Made by a program: the position numbers and the translations under genes
The notes under the pieces: model-generated
The model's database searches: none
The model's input: the letters and a program-made list of their open reading frames with translations, nothing else
What the model was told of the DNA's origin: nothing
Part shown: positions 40,825 to 50,800 of the stretch, in pieces
Layout: each line of letters opens with the position of its first letter
Position numbering within the stretch: the first letter of the stretch is position 1
Assembly (NCBI GenBank): GCA_963777315.1
Contig: CAVZQC010000002.1
Coordinates: 704,001-768,000, forward strand
DNA length: 64,000 nucleotides
Origin: Vulcanimicrobiota bacterium
GTDB lineage: Bacteria; Vulcanimicrobiota; Vulcanimicrobiia; Vulcanimicrobiales; Vulcanimicrobiaceae
Direction: 5' to 3'

Positions 40825-41754
40825 ATGCGCTATTACGCCGGAATCGACGGAGGCCAAACGTCCACCATCGCGGTTATAGCCGATGAAACGGGACGCATTC
40901 TCGGGCGCGGCAAGGGCGCGGCAGCCGACGAAGTCGGTCAGGGCCCGGATTCAACGCGTTTGCACGATGCGCTGAGCGATTCGCTGCGCGCCGCCGTTGC
41001 GCAGGCGCAGCTCCCGCAGCCGACGCGTTTCGCTCGCATCGTCGCGGGCATAAGCGGCTACCAAGGACGCCCGCACGGGCGGCAACCGCAATTGCCTGCC
41101 GACGAAATCACGCTCGAGCACGATGCGCCGATAGCCCACTGCGGCGCGTTCGCCGGCGGCCCTGGAGTCATCGTTATCGCAGGAACCGGTTCGGTCGCGT
41201 ACGCAGTGAACGAGCGCGGCGCGCGCTCGCTGACCGGCGGATGGGGATACTTGTTCGGCGACGAGGGCAGCGGGTTCGCGCTTGCGCGCAGCGCAATATC
41301 CGATGCGATGCGCGACGCCGATGCGGGCAGGCTCAACGAGCTTGCGTCTCCGGCGCTGCAGCATTTCGATTGCCGTTCGCTGCGCGACTTGGCGCGAGAA
41401 TTTTACGCCGGCCGGATATCTCGAACTCAGCTCGCAGCGTTTGCAGCCGTCGTTGCCGAGCACGCCGAACGCGGAAGCGCAGCGGCTTTGCAGTACCTCG
41501 ACCGGTGCGCCGATGCGCTCGTGCAACTGACGGCGCAAGCGCTCGAGCGCGCGGACATGCAATCCGATGCGGCACGCGTCGCATTTACAGGGGGCATGGT
41601 TGAGAACTGCGCGATATTCGCAGCGCTCAAGCAGGGTATGCGCGTGCAGGTGCCGCTCGCGCACGTAGTGCGGCCGTGCTACGATCCCGCAATCGGTGCG
41701 TTGCTGCTTGCGTACCGGGCCGACGGCATCGAAACGAGCGGCATCGCCCAATGA
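40825..41754 (+). CDS. BadF/BadG/BcrA/BcrD-type sugar kinase (N-acetylglucosamine kinase-like)
   Basis: GIDGGQTST, IAGTGS, GGWGYLFGDEGSG. Confidence 0.88.
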   Translation: MRYYAGIDGGQTSTIAVIADETGRILGRGKGAAADEVGQGPDSTRLHDALSDSLRAAVAQAQLPQPTRFARIVAGISGYQGRPHGRQPQLPADEITLEHDAPIAHCGAFAGGPGVIVIAGTGSVAYAVNERGARSLTGGWGYLFGDEGSGFALARSAISDAMRDADAGRLNELASPALQHFDCRSLRDLAREFYAGRISRTQLAAFAAVVAEHAERGSAAALQYLDRCADALVQLTAQALERADMQSDAARVAFTGGMVENCAIFAALKQGMRVQVPLAHVVRPCYDPAIGALLLAYRADGIETSGIAQ

Positions 41755-42440
41755 ACCTGCTCGAGCGGCTACGCGGCGGCCTCATCGTTTCGGTTCAGGC
41801 CCGAGCCGATTCCGCGCTCGACGAACCCGGCGTTTTGGCCGCCATGGCTCGAGCCGCTCGGGACGGCGGCGCAATCGCGCTGCGGGTGCAGGGCGTGGCC
41901 AACCTGCAGGCGGTCAAAAGCAGAGTAGACGTGCCTCTGGTCGGAATACTCAAGCGGCAGTATTCCGGCTATGAACCGTACATCACACCCACGCCCGGTG
42001 AAATTGCCGAAGTGCTGGCGTGCGGTGTCGAAATCGTGGCATTTGACGCGACCCTGCGCCTGCACCCCAAAAACGCGACCGTAGCCGAACTGGTCGCTGC
42101 CGTTCATGCGGGAGGCGCCTTGGCAATGGCGGATTGCGCCGATCGAGCCGATGCTGCAAACGCGCGGCGGGCAGGCGCCGACATCACGGCTACGACCCTA
42201 TGCGGCTATACAAAGGAAACGCAAGGCGCGACGTTGCCCGCGCTCTCTCTGGTAAGCGAGCTGCGCGGCCTAGGGGGCTTCGTCATATGCGAAGGCGGCA
42301 TCCACGAGCCGGCCGCGGCAAGGCAAGCCATGGATGCCGGCGCCGACGCGGTCGTCGTCGGCACGGCGATTACCAACGTCGAGTGGCTGGTGCAGCAGTA
42401 CTCGGGAGCGCTTGGCCCACAAAGGTCGTGGCTTGCGTAG
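41751..42440 (+). CDS. nanE: N-acetylmannosamine-6-phosphate 2-epimerase
   Basis: GLIVSVQA, GILK, YITPT, TTLCGYT, VVVGTAIT. Confidence 0.9.
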   Translation: MNLLERLRGGLIVSVQARADSALDEPGVLAAMARAARDGGAIALRVQGVANLQAVKSRVDVPLVGILKRQYSGYEPYITPTPGEIAEVLACGVEIVAFDATLRLHPKNATVAELVAAVHAGGALAMADCADRADAANARRAGADITATTLCGYTKETQGATLPALSLVSELRGLGGFVICEGGIHEPAAARQAMDAGADAVVVGTAITNVEWLVQQYSGALGPQRSWLA

Positions 42441-42494
42441 GACGCTTTTTTCTATAGTCAAATACGGACTCTGAAAATTCGATGGGGTTACAGC

Positions 42495-43610
42495 TTGCAC
42501 GAGAATAGAGATCCGGCCGTCCACCTCGAACGCGGTTTTTGGATCGTAACGGCAATCATCGCCTTCTTGTCGCTCTGTGCGATTTTTTGGTGGATATACG
42601 CGCCGATTCAGAGCATCATGCCCGAAGCGGTCGACCGCGCGCACCAAATCGACGTGCTCTTCCGTTTTCTCTCTGCCTCGGGCACGGCGCTCTTCGTCAT
42701 CGTCGTGGGATATCTGCTGTACTTCATTTTCCGGTTTCGCCGGCGCCCGGACCAGGGCGACGACGCCGTCGGGCTGCAAATCCACGACAACCGCAAACTC
42801 GAGCTCTGGTGGACGCTGATTCCCACATTGTTCGTTTTGGCGCTGGCGATCGTCAGCGTCAAACTGTTTCTGGAAATCGAACCGGTCAACGCGCAAGGCA
42901 ATACGCTGGTCGTCGAAGGCTTGGGGCACCAGTGGTACTACACGTTCCGCTATCCCGGCATTCACGGCGAAGTCAAAGAACTGCATTTGCCCGTCGGACA
43001 GCCGGTTACGCTGCACGTGTCGTCCTACGACGTGATTCATTCGTTCTGGATCCCCGACATGCGCCTGAAGGCCGACATGGTTCCCGGGCTCATCAACACG
43101 CTGGTCTTCACGCCCACGCGCGTGGGCAGGTACGAGCTGGTCTGCACGGAGTTCTGCGGGACGCTGCACGGCGCCATGCGCAGCGGCACGCCCAACGATC
43201 CGGCGTACGTCTACATCGATCCGCCGTATAAATACAAAGCCTGGTACGACACCACGCAAAAGGCGCAGGCCAACGTCAGCGACGCCGTGCAGGTTGCGTC
43301 GAGCGCCGGCGTCAGTTTATCCGCGGGCAATGCGGCGGCCGGCAAGGCGCTGTTTTCGCAGAAATGCTCGGCGTGTCACGCGCTCGGGCCGTTCGATCAG
43401 AAGATCGTCGGGCCGGGCCTCAAAGGCGTGCTGCACGATCCCGCGCATCCCAATTTGGTCAACGGTGAAAAAGCGACGCCGGAAAACGTCGCCAAGGTTT
43501 TGCAAAACGGTTATAGCGGCTCTTTAGGCGTCATGCCCAATCAAACGGCGAACGGATTGTCCGACAAAGACATCGCCAATCTGGTCGCCTTCCTCGATTC
43601 CCTCAAATAA
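42495..43610 (+). CDS. coxB: Cytochrome c oxidase subunit II with fused c-type cytochrome
   Basis: DVIHSFW, CuA motif CTEFCGTLHGAM, C-terminal CSACH heme motif and distal GVMP. Confidence 0.95.
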   Translation: MHENRDPAVHLERGFWIVTAIIAFLSLCAIFWWIYAPIQSIMPEAVDRAHQIDVLFRFLSASGTALFVIVVGYLLYFIFRFRRRPDQGDDAVGLQIHDNRKLELWWTLIPTLFVLALAIVSVKLFLEIEPVNAQGNTLVVEGLGHQWYYTFRYPGIHGEVKELHLPVGQPVTLHVSSYDVIHSFWIPDMRLKADMVPGLINTLVFTPTRVGRYELVCTEFCGTLHGAMRSGTPNDPAYVYIDPPYKYKAWYDTTQKAQANVSDAVQVASSAGVSLSAGNAAAGKALFSQKCSACHALGPFDQKIVGPGLKGVLHDPAHPNLVNGEKATPENVAKVLQNGYSGSLGVMPNQTANGLSDKDIANLVAFLDSLK

Positions 43611-43623
43611 GGTCGAAACGACA

Positions 43624-45297
43624 ATGGCTGTAGCAGCGGTACACTCGGGCGGCATCGCCGACCACATCCATCCGGAACCGCAAGGGTTCATCCGAAGATA
43701 CGTCTTCTCGATCGATCACAAGATCATCGGCATTCAGTACATCGTGACCGCCGGCATTTTCATGCTCATGGGCGGCATGCTCGCCGAGCTCATCCGCGTG
43801 CAGCTGATGCGAGCCAACGGCGGCTTCATGACACCCGACACCTACAATCAGGTGTACTCGATTCACGGATCCACGATGGTCTGGCTGGTGATCATCCCAA
43901 TGCTCACCGGCGGTTTCGGAAACTTCGTGTTCCCCTTGCAAATCGGCGCGCGCGACGTCGCATTCCCGTGGCTGAATATGATCAGCTTTTGGATTTTCCC
44001 GATTGCCGGCCTCATGCTGTACTCCTCGTTCTTGATGGGCGCGCCGGCTGCCGGTTGGACCGAGTATCCTCCCATGTCGCTGCAGGGGCAAGCCGGCACG
44101 TCGATGTGGTGTGCGGCGATCTTTCTGGTCGGCATCAGCTCTACGATGACGGGCATAAACTTCGTCGTGACGATCTTGAAGATGCGCGCGCCCGGAATGA
44201 CGTTCACGCGCATGCCGCTGTTCGTGTGGGGGCAGTTCGTCACGGCGCCGCTTTTGATGATCGCCACGACGGCGCTGGGAGCCGCGCTGGCCGCGCTCTT
44301 CATCCAGCGCGAATTCGGCGTACCGTTCTTCGATCCGACCAAAGGCGGAAGCCCGCTGCTCTGGCAGCACATGTTCTGGTTTTATTCGCATCCGGCCGTG
44401 TATATCATGATTTTGCCCGCGTTCGGAGCGATCTCGGAAATTCTGCCGACCTTCGCGCGCAAGCCGATCTTCGGCTATAAGATGATCGCTTTCTCGTCCT
44501 GCGCGATTGCCATCTTAGGGTTCATGGTCTGGGCGCATCACATGTTCACCTCCGGAATGGCGCCGTCGCTGCAGCTGCCGTTCATGGTGCTCACGATGCT
44601 CATCGCCATCCCCACGGGCGTGAAGATCTTTTCCTGGGTGACCACGCTGTTCGGCGGCGTGCTGAAATTCACGACTTCGATGCTGTTCGCCGTCGGGTTC
44701 CTCGCGACGTTTACGCTGGGCGGCATAACCGGCGTGTTCCTGGCCGCCGTTCCGTTCGATCTGCACGCGCATGGGACGTATTTCATCGTCGCGCATTTGC
44801 ACTACGTGCTCGTGGGCGGCAGCCTGATGGGCATCATGGCGATGATCTACTTCTGGTATCCCAAGATGACCGGGCGCATGATGAACGAGACGCTGGGCAA
44901 GTGGTCGTTCTGGCTGTTCCTGATCGGCTTCAACGGCACGTTTTTGCCGATGCACTGGCTGGGCCTGTGGGGTATGCCGCGCCGCGTGGACGTATACGAC
45001 CCGCAGTTCACGACGTGGAACCAAATCGCTTCGGGCTTCTCGTTCGTGATGACGTTGGCGGTATTGCTCGTGGTCGTCAACGCGCTGTGGAGCATGCGCA
45101 AAGGCAAAAGGGCCGGCCCCAATCCGTGGGGAGCGCGCACGCTGGAGTGGATGATTCCCTCACCGCCGCGCTACTACAACTTCAAGCACGTTCCGTCGGT
45201 TTTTGCTACGCCCTACGATTTTGCAGAGCCGTTGCCGTATCGAGGTCTGGAGGAAGAACTGACGGACTCGCCCGTGCCCGTTCCGGCGGCGCATTAG
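43624..45297 (+). CDS. coxA: Cytochrome c oxidase subunit I
   Basis: DHKIIG, WFYSHPAVY, VWAHHMF, VAHLHYV. Confidence 0.97.
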   Translation: MAVAAVHSGGIADHIHPEPQGFIRRYVFSIDHKIIGIQYIVTAGIFMLMGGMLAELIRVQLMRANGGFMTPDTYNQVYSIHGSTMVWLVIIPMLTGGFGNFVFPLQIGARDVAFPWLNMISFWIFPIAGLMLYSSFLMGAPAAGWTEYPPMSLQGQAGTSMWCAAIFLVGISSTMTGINFVVTILKMRAPGMTFTRMPLFVWGQFVTAPLLMIATTALGAALAALFIQREFGVPFFDPTKGGSPLLWQHMFWFYSHPAVYIMILPAFGAISEILPTFARKPIFGYKMIAFSSCAIAILGFMVWAHHMFTSGMAPSLQLPFMVLTMLIAIPTGVKIFSWVTTLFGGVLKFTTSMLFAVGFLATFTLGGITGVFLAAVPFDLHAHGTYFIVAHLHYVLVGGSLMGIMAMIYFWYPKMTGRMMNETLGKWSFWLFLIGFNGTFLPMHWLGLWGMPRRVDVYDPQFTTWNQIASGFSFVMTLAVLLVVVNALWSMRKGKRAGPNPWGARTLEWMIPSPPRYYNFKHVPSVFATPYDFAEPLPYRGLEEELTDSPVPVPAAH

Positions 45298-45298
45298 C

Positions 45299-45916
45299 AT
45301 GGCCGTAGCCAGCGTTTCGCAGGCCGGGGTCGTCGGCGGCAGGCGTGAAGAACCGGACCAGCTCTACGTTGAGACACGGGAGCTGCGCGTCCAGGGCTTC
45401 CTGCTGTTCATGGTCAGCGACCTGGTGCTGTTCTCGTCGTTCATCTTCGCGTATCTGTATTTGCGCAACACCGGTCAGGGCTGGCCTCCGCCCGGCGCGC
45501 CGAAGTTGGATCTGGCGTTGGCCGCGATCAATTCGGTCGTGCTGTTCGGTTCGGGCGCGACCATGCATTTCGCGCTCGAAAATTGGAAGCACGAGAAGTT
45601 CTTCAAATTCGGCGGTTGGCTGATCACGACGATCGTACTGGGCGCGATCTTTTTATCGGGACAGATTGTCGAGTACGCCAAGCTCGCCGTCGGTTGGGGA
45701 ACCAGCGGCATCTTCGGCACGTCGTTCTTCACGCTGACCGGCATGCACGGCTTTCACGTCTTTTGCGGCATTATCTACCTGACCGTACTGCTGCTGCAGG
45801 CCATCCACGGCAAGTACACGTTCACCAAATACACCGGCCTGACGCTGGGTACGCTGTACTGGCACTTCGTTGACGTCATTTGGGTCGTGCTGTTTTCGAT
45901 CTTCTATCTGTGGTGA
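45299..45916 (+). CDS. coxC: Cytochrome c oxidase subunit III
   Basis: TGMHGFHV, YWHFVDVIW. Confidence 0.95.
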   Translation: MAVASVSQAGVVGGRREEPDQLYVETRELRVQGFLLFMVSDLVLFSSFIFAYLYLRNTGQGWPPPGAPKLDLALAAINSVVLFGSGATMHFALENWKHEKFFKFGGWLITTIVLGAIFLSGQIVEYAKLAVGWGTSGIFGTSFFTLTGMHGFHVFCGIIYLTVLLLQAIHGKYTFTKYTGLTLGTLYWHFVDVIWVVLFSIFYLW

Positions 45917-45928
45917 GGAGAGAGCCCC

Positions 45929-46144
45929 ATGAATGAAGTGCTCGCGCACGCCGAACGCGTCCTGGCCTTTGCGGTCGGCATCGTCGTGTTCTTCGTGGCC
46001 GTTATCGCCTTGCGCAACGATTGGAAGACCAAAGGCCTGGAGAACCAGGTTTTCAAGATGATGCTCGCACTGCTCGCCTTGGGCGCGTTTCTGGCCATTC
46101 TGGCAAGCGTGAACGTACTGGCCGGAAAAGGCGTGGAGATCTAA
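45929..46144 (+). CDS. Small two-TM membrane protein
   Basis: SD GAGGAG; two hydrophobic helices; directly after coxC. Confidence 0.75.
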   Translation: MNEVLAHAERVLAFAVGIVVFFVAVIALRNDWKTKGLENQVFKMMLALLALGAFLAILASVNVLAGKGVEI

Positions 46145-46338
46145 TGTACGATCAGCTCGACGATCGAGGAGTTCCTACTACCCGCGGAATGCCGCGCGCG
46201 GTGCAAATCGCGGTGCTGATCGGGATCGCGGTCATCTTCGCTATGGGCGGCTACACTATCGTGATGTCCGGCTACGGGCACCGGTGGCCGTCGACCAAAT
46301 CGCTGCGCATTCCACTCAACGGCTCGTACCAGCACTAG
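46144..46338 (+). CDS. Small single-TM membrane protein
   Basis: ATG overlaps the previous TAA; one TM helix; 64 aa. Confidence 0.65.
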   Translation: MYDQLDDRGVPTTRGMPRAVQIAVLIGIAVIFAMGGYTIVMSGYGHRWPSTKSLRIPLNGSYQH

Positions 46339-46590
46339 GCCCGGCGAGCGCGAGGATGGCGCCATATGAGAGGCGTCCCTTTTCCAGGTTGCGTTAACTG
46401 ATTCGCGTTTCGTTCCGATACCGTTTAGGTGAGCGACCGGTATTTTTCAGGGCGCGTAACTGTCATTTCCCTGATCCTCGTCATGGCGGTTTCGACCGCG
46501 GCGGCGACCGCGCCGTTTGCCGGAGTTGCAAGCGCGCATGGCGCCGCTCACGCTTCACCCACGCCTGCGCCGCAAGCGGCGGTCATCAAT

Positions 46591-47004
46591 CTAACGCTCA
46601 TTCCGGCCCAGCGCGCGGCGCAAGAGCGCGTGCGCTTTTCCCAGCGCTTCAACGGTACGTTCGGATTTTTCCAAACGCCGCTGGAGTCGCTCGTTTTCCA
46701 TACGCAATCGTAGTAATTTCAATCGCTTGCGTATCCGTCGGGCGTCCGCGCTTTGGCTGGGCTGAGCCGGCCAGCTGCTTATGCCAATTAGATAACAGCG
46801 AGCTGTATACGCCCTCCTTTCGCATGAGGGGCGCGCTCCAGTGAAGATGCGGCAGCCTCGTACTCAGCGAGATCCCCGCCTTCTCGTCAGCGGTGAACGA
46901 GCGGTCTTGGAGCGCGAGCGAACTTCGGGGTTGGATGACATTGATAGCAACCTGAATCGCCCCTTGAGTTTCCCGGTTAGCTGGTCTCAGTCGTCATAGA
47001 CACA
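46591..47004 (-). mobile_element. Decayed IS3-family element: putative left end and frameshifted OrfA
   Basis: Minus-strand pieces from ATG 46941 read MSSNPEVRSRSK / RSFTADEKAGI / LAEYEAAASSLERA / LMRKEGVYSSLLSNWHKQLAG..PKRGRP / RLRMENERLQRRLEKSERTVEALGKAHALL (HTH plus leucine zipper). A TG-starting terminus-like sequence (TGTGTCTATGACGACTGAGACC) begins at 47004. Confidence 0.82.
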
Positions 47005-47094
47005 GCAGGGGCGGCATAAATAGGAGAAACCGTTCAGCCCATCACGACAAACGGCATTCAAGCAGTACTCGGGCGCTGATGAATACGCCGTTCA

Positions 47095-47474
47095 TCACAT
47101 CTGCGGATCGACAAGACCGACCGTGTTGCCTTGAGGATCTTTGAACAATGCGATGGTCATGCCGGGAAGCTGCTGCGGCGGCATCAGCGTTTTTGCCCCG
47201 AGTGATTCGATTCTTTGCAAGGCGACCGGCACGTCGTTCACCTGGATGTAAAACGTAACGTGACCCTCATAGCCCTCCGGCGGCGCGCCGATGCCGCCGT
47301 TAATGCCTTGTTCAGGGTCGTCGTTGCCGTACGGACGCGCGATGAAATACTGCATGGCGGCGTCGCCGCTGCTCTCGTATTCGCTGACGTTCCAATCGAA
47401 CGCGTGTTGATAAAAGGATCCCAGGGCTTTCGGGTCTTTGGACATGATTTCGAAATGGATAACTGGTGAGGCAT
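47095..47474 (-). CDS. VOC/glyoxalase family protein with 1-nt deletion near the start
   Basis: SD GGAGGGG precedes ATG 47474. Adding one C (CAC CCA GTT) gives MPHPVIHFEI, followed by GINGGI and FKDPQGN. Confidence 0.82.
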
Positions 47475-47852
47475 GGCGCCCCTCCGATTGCGATAGATGA
47501 GCGCATTCTAACATTCTGACTTGTAAAGGCAAGTACAATTCAAAAAAGAGAAAGTTCGCGTGACTGTGGCCGCGGCAGGCGGCGGGCTATCCTGCAGCCG
47601 ATGCCGGCGGAGCGCTTCGGTTTGCGTTGCTGCGAGCGGACCTACGTTACCACGGAAGTGATATACTACACTCGTTAACGGGCTCCAAACCATGCGTTAC
47701 TGCTGCGGATGACTTTGGCGCCTTACATGCTTGGGGGGAACAAGGGCTTTCAAACTCATGCACCAAGCGGCGGTCTCCTTGCATGCGAGCTGTAAAGTGT
47801 TAAACGCCTGAGTTGCCGCGACTGTTGCTCGGCGACAATGGAGGGAACCTAC

Positions 47853-50800
47853 ATGTCTCTTCACGAGCTTTCACGTCGGCACTTCATTACGACGGCGTCG
47901 GCTTCGGCGGCAGCGCTCGGGCTTACCGAGGCCCTGGGTCCGGCCGCTTCCGCTAGCAGGCTTTTCAACGATCCGCGGTTGCGTATCCTGGCTCAGGTAC
48001 CGGGAGCGCACGGCCTCGAGTTGCGCTTTAGCGCAGCCGCCGTCCAAGATCGCTTCGCCGGAGCACCGCTGGATCAGGCGTTCTATGAAACCCAAGCGGT
48101 TGCGTATCGAGCCGGAGAGGGACAACCGGGCCTGCTGTACATCCCGCCCGCGGATCAGTCGAGATCGCCGGGCAATCAAGTCGTTGCGCTTACGCGTAAC
48201 GATGCGTCGCCTACGGGGTGGACGAAAACCGTTCGCGAGCTCGATAGCGGCGACGCCTTTGAGCAACGCGCGTGGATAACTCCTTACGTTTTAGTTCGCG
48301 GCGGCAAAGATCCGAAGGTTTTTGCTTATGGAACGACCGGATTGCACGCCGCGTCGCTCAAGGGCGGTTTCGGTCAGTTTGCACTCGTGCACCGATGGGA
48401 CGAAGAACTCATATGGCAAGGACAACCCAGATATCCACTTGAGACAACGCACGGCAGGCTGCCCGACGACGCCCATTATTTGCTCGAAACGAACGGACAT
48501 GGAAGCGTCAATCTCCGCGATATCGACTCGTACCAGGAAATCCAGCTCGGTGCCGGTGCCGCAGACATGGGCGGTCTGCTTACGCAGCCGCTGACGATAC
48601 TTTCCGGCAGTCCCAAAGGGATCTTCCGTTGCGTGATTTCGAATCAGCGGAACATCTCGTTCATGACGGCAATGGATGAGGGATACGGCGGAAAACTTTT
48701 CAACGTCACGTTCGAGCACATCGCAAGCTGGGGCGGAGGGAACGACATCCTGCGCAGCGCCGTCGCCATTGAATCAGGTGGTTGGATCGGAATCGCCTAC
48801 ACGATGGATCGTCAAGCCAGGGCTGAAAACGGTGCAACGTCGACCGACTCGCGGTTGTATTTTCGCCACGGTACGTACCTTCCGAACTCGAGCGGACTTC
48901 CGCTTCTCAGCGAGCCGGCCGCGTACGACGTTTCCTTTCCGGATAAAAAGCAGCGCGTTTTCGAAGTATCGTGCGCCGCGATCAATGCGCACGACGGCGG
49001 CTTCGACATCGTCCTGCATGCCGGCGGCGCTCTGCTCAGCAACGGGGAGCGCGATCAGCTGTACCTGTGCACGGTCAAACCGAACGCCGCGAATGCTGTC
49101 GCCATTCCGTTGGCGGACGGCGTTGCGAGCGTTTTCACGCCGTCGACGCAGCTCGAGTTCATCAGATCCGATGTCGCCAGCCTCGGCGGCAATATTCTCG
49201 GCATAGTTCCGCAGGACGTGTGGACGATTCGCAACTTTAGCCAATTCGACGTCAAGCAGATCACCGTTCCGAATCCGGGTGCGGTAAAAACGCAAGTCGT
49301 TATGCGCGTCGGCGTCAGCGTTTACAACAACGGCCTACCCGTTTGCGGTTCACCGGTGGACGTGCTCGCCGACACGAGCACCTGGGCAACGGTTGGCGGA
49401 AAGGAGCGACTCCTCAATGAGACGCGTCCCGTGCGCGGTGTGACCGATTTCAGCGGCCGACTGACGATCGCAATGCCGGTGGGCACGAATTTGTACGTTC
49501 CGGATCTGATCGTGAAGGGTGAGAACTTCGCCGCTAAGTGCCATCCAAGTGACTACATCCTGCACCGTGCGCTGACTCTCTCCGCGACCGATCTGCTCAA
49601 ACATTCGTCCGATGCATCAAATCCGGACAACCAAAGTTCCGCAGCGTCGGCCGCCGTGGCGCTTGGCAACCTGCGTTCAACGCTTCCGGCCGTCATGCCC
49701 GGACGCGCGCAAGCGCGGGGGGCTGCGTATCGTGTGCTCACGGATGGTTCCATCGGAGCGGAGGCCTACGATGGACCGATGTCCTTTCCCGAAGCAAAAG
49801 CCGCCGATCCGAGCGTCGTGCCCAACTTTACTTTGGACCTGCAAGGCGGGAAGCTCGTTGCCAGTAGTAGCGCGGTCCCGGTCGTCATTGAAGCGGATAT
49901 TCTTGATTGGCTCAAAGATAGGGCCAACGACGTTAAAGATTTGGCCACCTCGGGCTTCCGGTGGGCTAGTGACGAGGCGGTCCAGCTGGAACATTTGGCC
50001 GTCAAAGGAGCAACTGTTTTGCTGGGGGCAGTCATCGACGGCGCCGCGTTTTTGTTCAGCGGTCCGCTCAAAGGACTCACCGATCTACTCGGCGTGACGT
50101 CTGCGATTTTTTGGCTGCTGGACAAAGCCGGCTTCATAATAGGCCGCTTGGACCGGTGGCTCCTCAGCGGCCTGATCGACTGGGACAAACTTGGGCGAAC
50201 GCGGGATAGCGTAAAGTCGAACATGCGCCAGGCGTTCTCGACGGCGATGAGCCGTGTCGATCCGCTTGCGAGCATGCGCAGCTATGCATCCGATTTGGAC
50301 TCGGTACGTACGGCCATCGACGGTGCGCTTACGAAACTGCAGAAAAACCCCAGCTCCGCTCGGGCTCAATCGTCGATTCCATCGATGCCTTCATTCCTGT
50401 CGGTGGTATTGGGAAATGAAGATTTTCGGGCCGTGATCGAAAAGCTGGTCGACGCAATCAGCGACTTCATACCTATGCCGGCCGGTTTCTCGGCCTCGGG
50501 ATTCTCGGAAGCCGGTGAGAGTTTCCTCGGCGACGTCGTCCGATTGGCAGATGCGGCGGCGTTTTCGCTCGACGATTTCGCGCAAGCAGTGTCATCCCTG
50601 ATTGCCGACGGCGAATTGTTTAGCGCCCCCCTTGATCCGCTGTTGGCAATTCTCCAACGCCACATCGATGCAGGATTGAAAGCGAGCGGCGGCGTGCTGG
50701 TCGATTCGGGAACGCTGCTTTCAATCGGCGCAAAGAACGCGTCGGCCGTTTTCGATTGGCTCGACACCGAGATCGAGCTGCCGTTTTTGTCGGGGTACTA

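Noticed and set aside
46779..47019. Apparent large structured ncRNA (stems TTATGCC/GGCATAA, CGCGCTCCA/TGGAGCGCG, CGCCCCT/AGGGGCG; faint ydaO-like words)
   Set aside because: The minus strand translates as a decayed IS3 OrfA, short stems are expected at this GC content, and the riboswitch motifs are incomplete or out of order.
47020..47097. Hammerhead-like CTGATGA with a nearby GAAA
   Set aside because: Stem III lacks the required U-H cleavage site and stem II cannot be formed properly. CTGATGA is part of a simple hairpin at the VOC stop.
47720..47835. Possible c-di-GMP riboswitch upstream of the giant Tat gene
   Set aside because: Only partial pairing (AACTCA/TGAGTT) is present. The GNRA tetraloop/receptor and GCAAA core could not be placed; an Infernal search would settle it.
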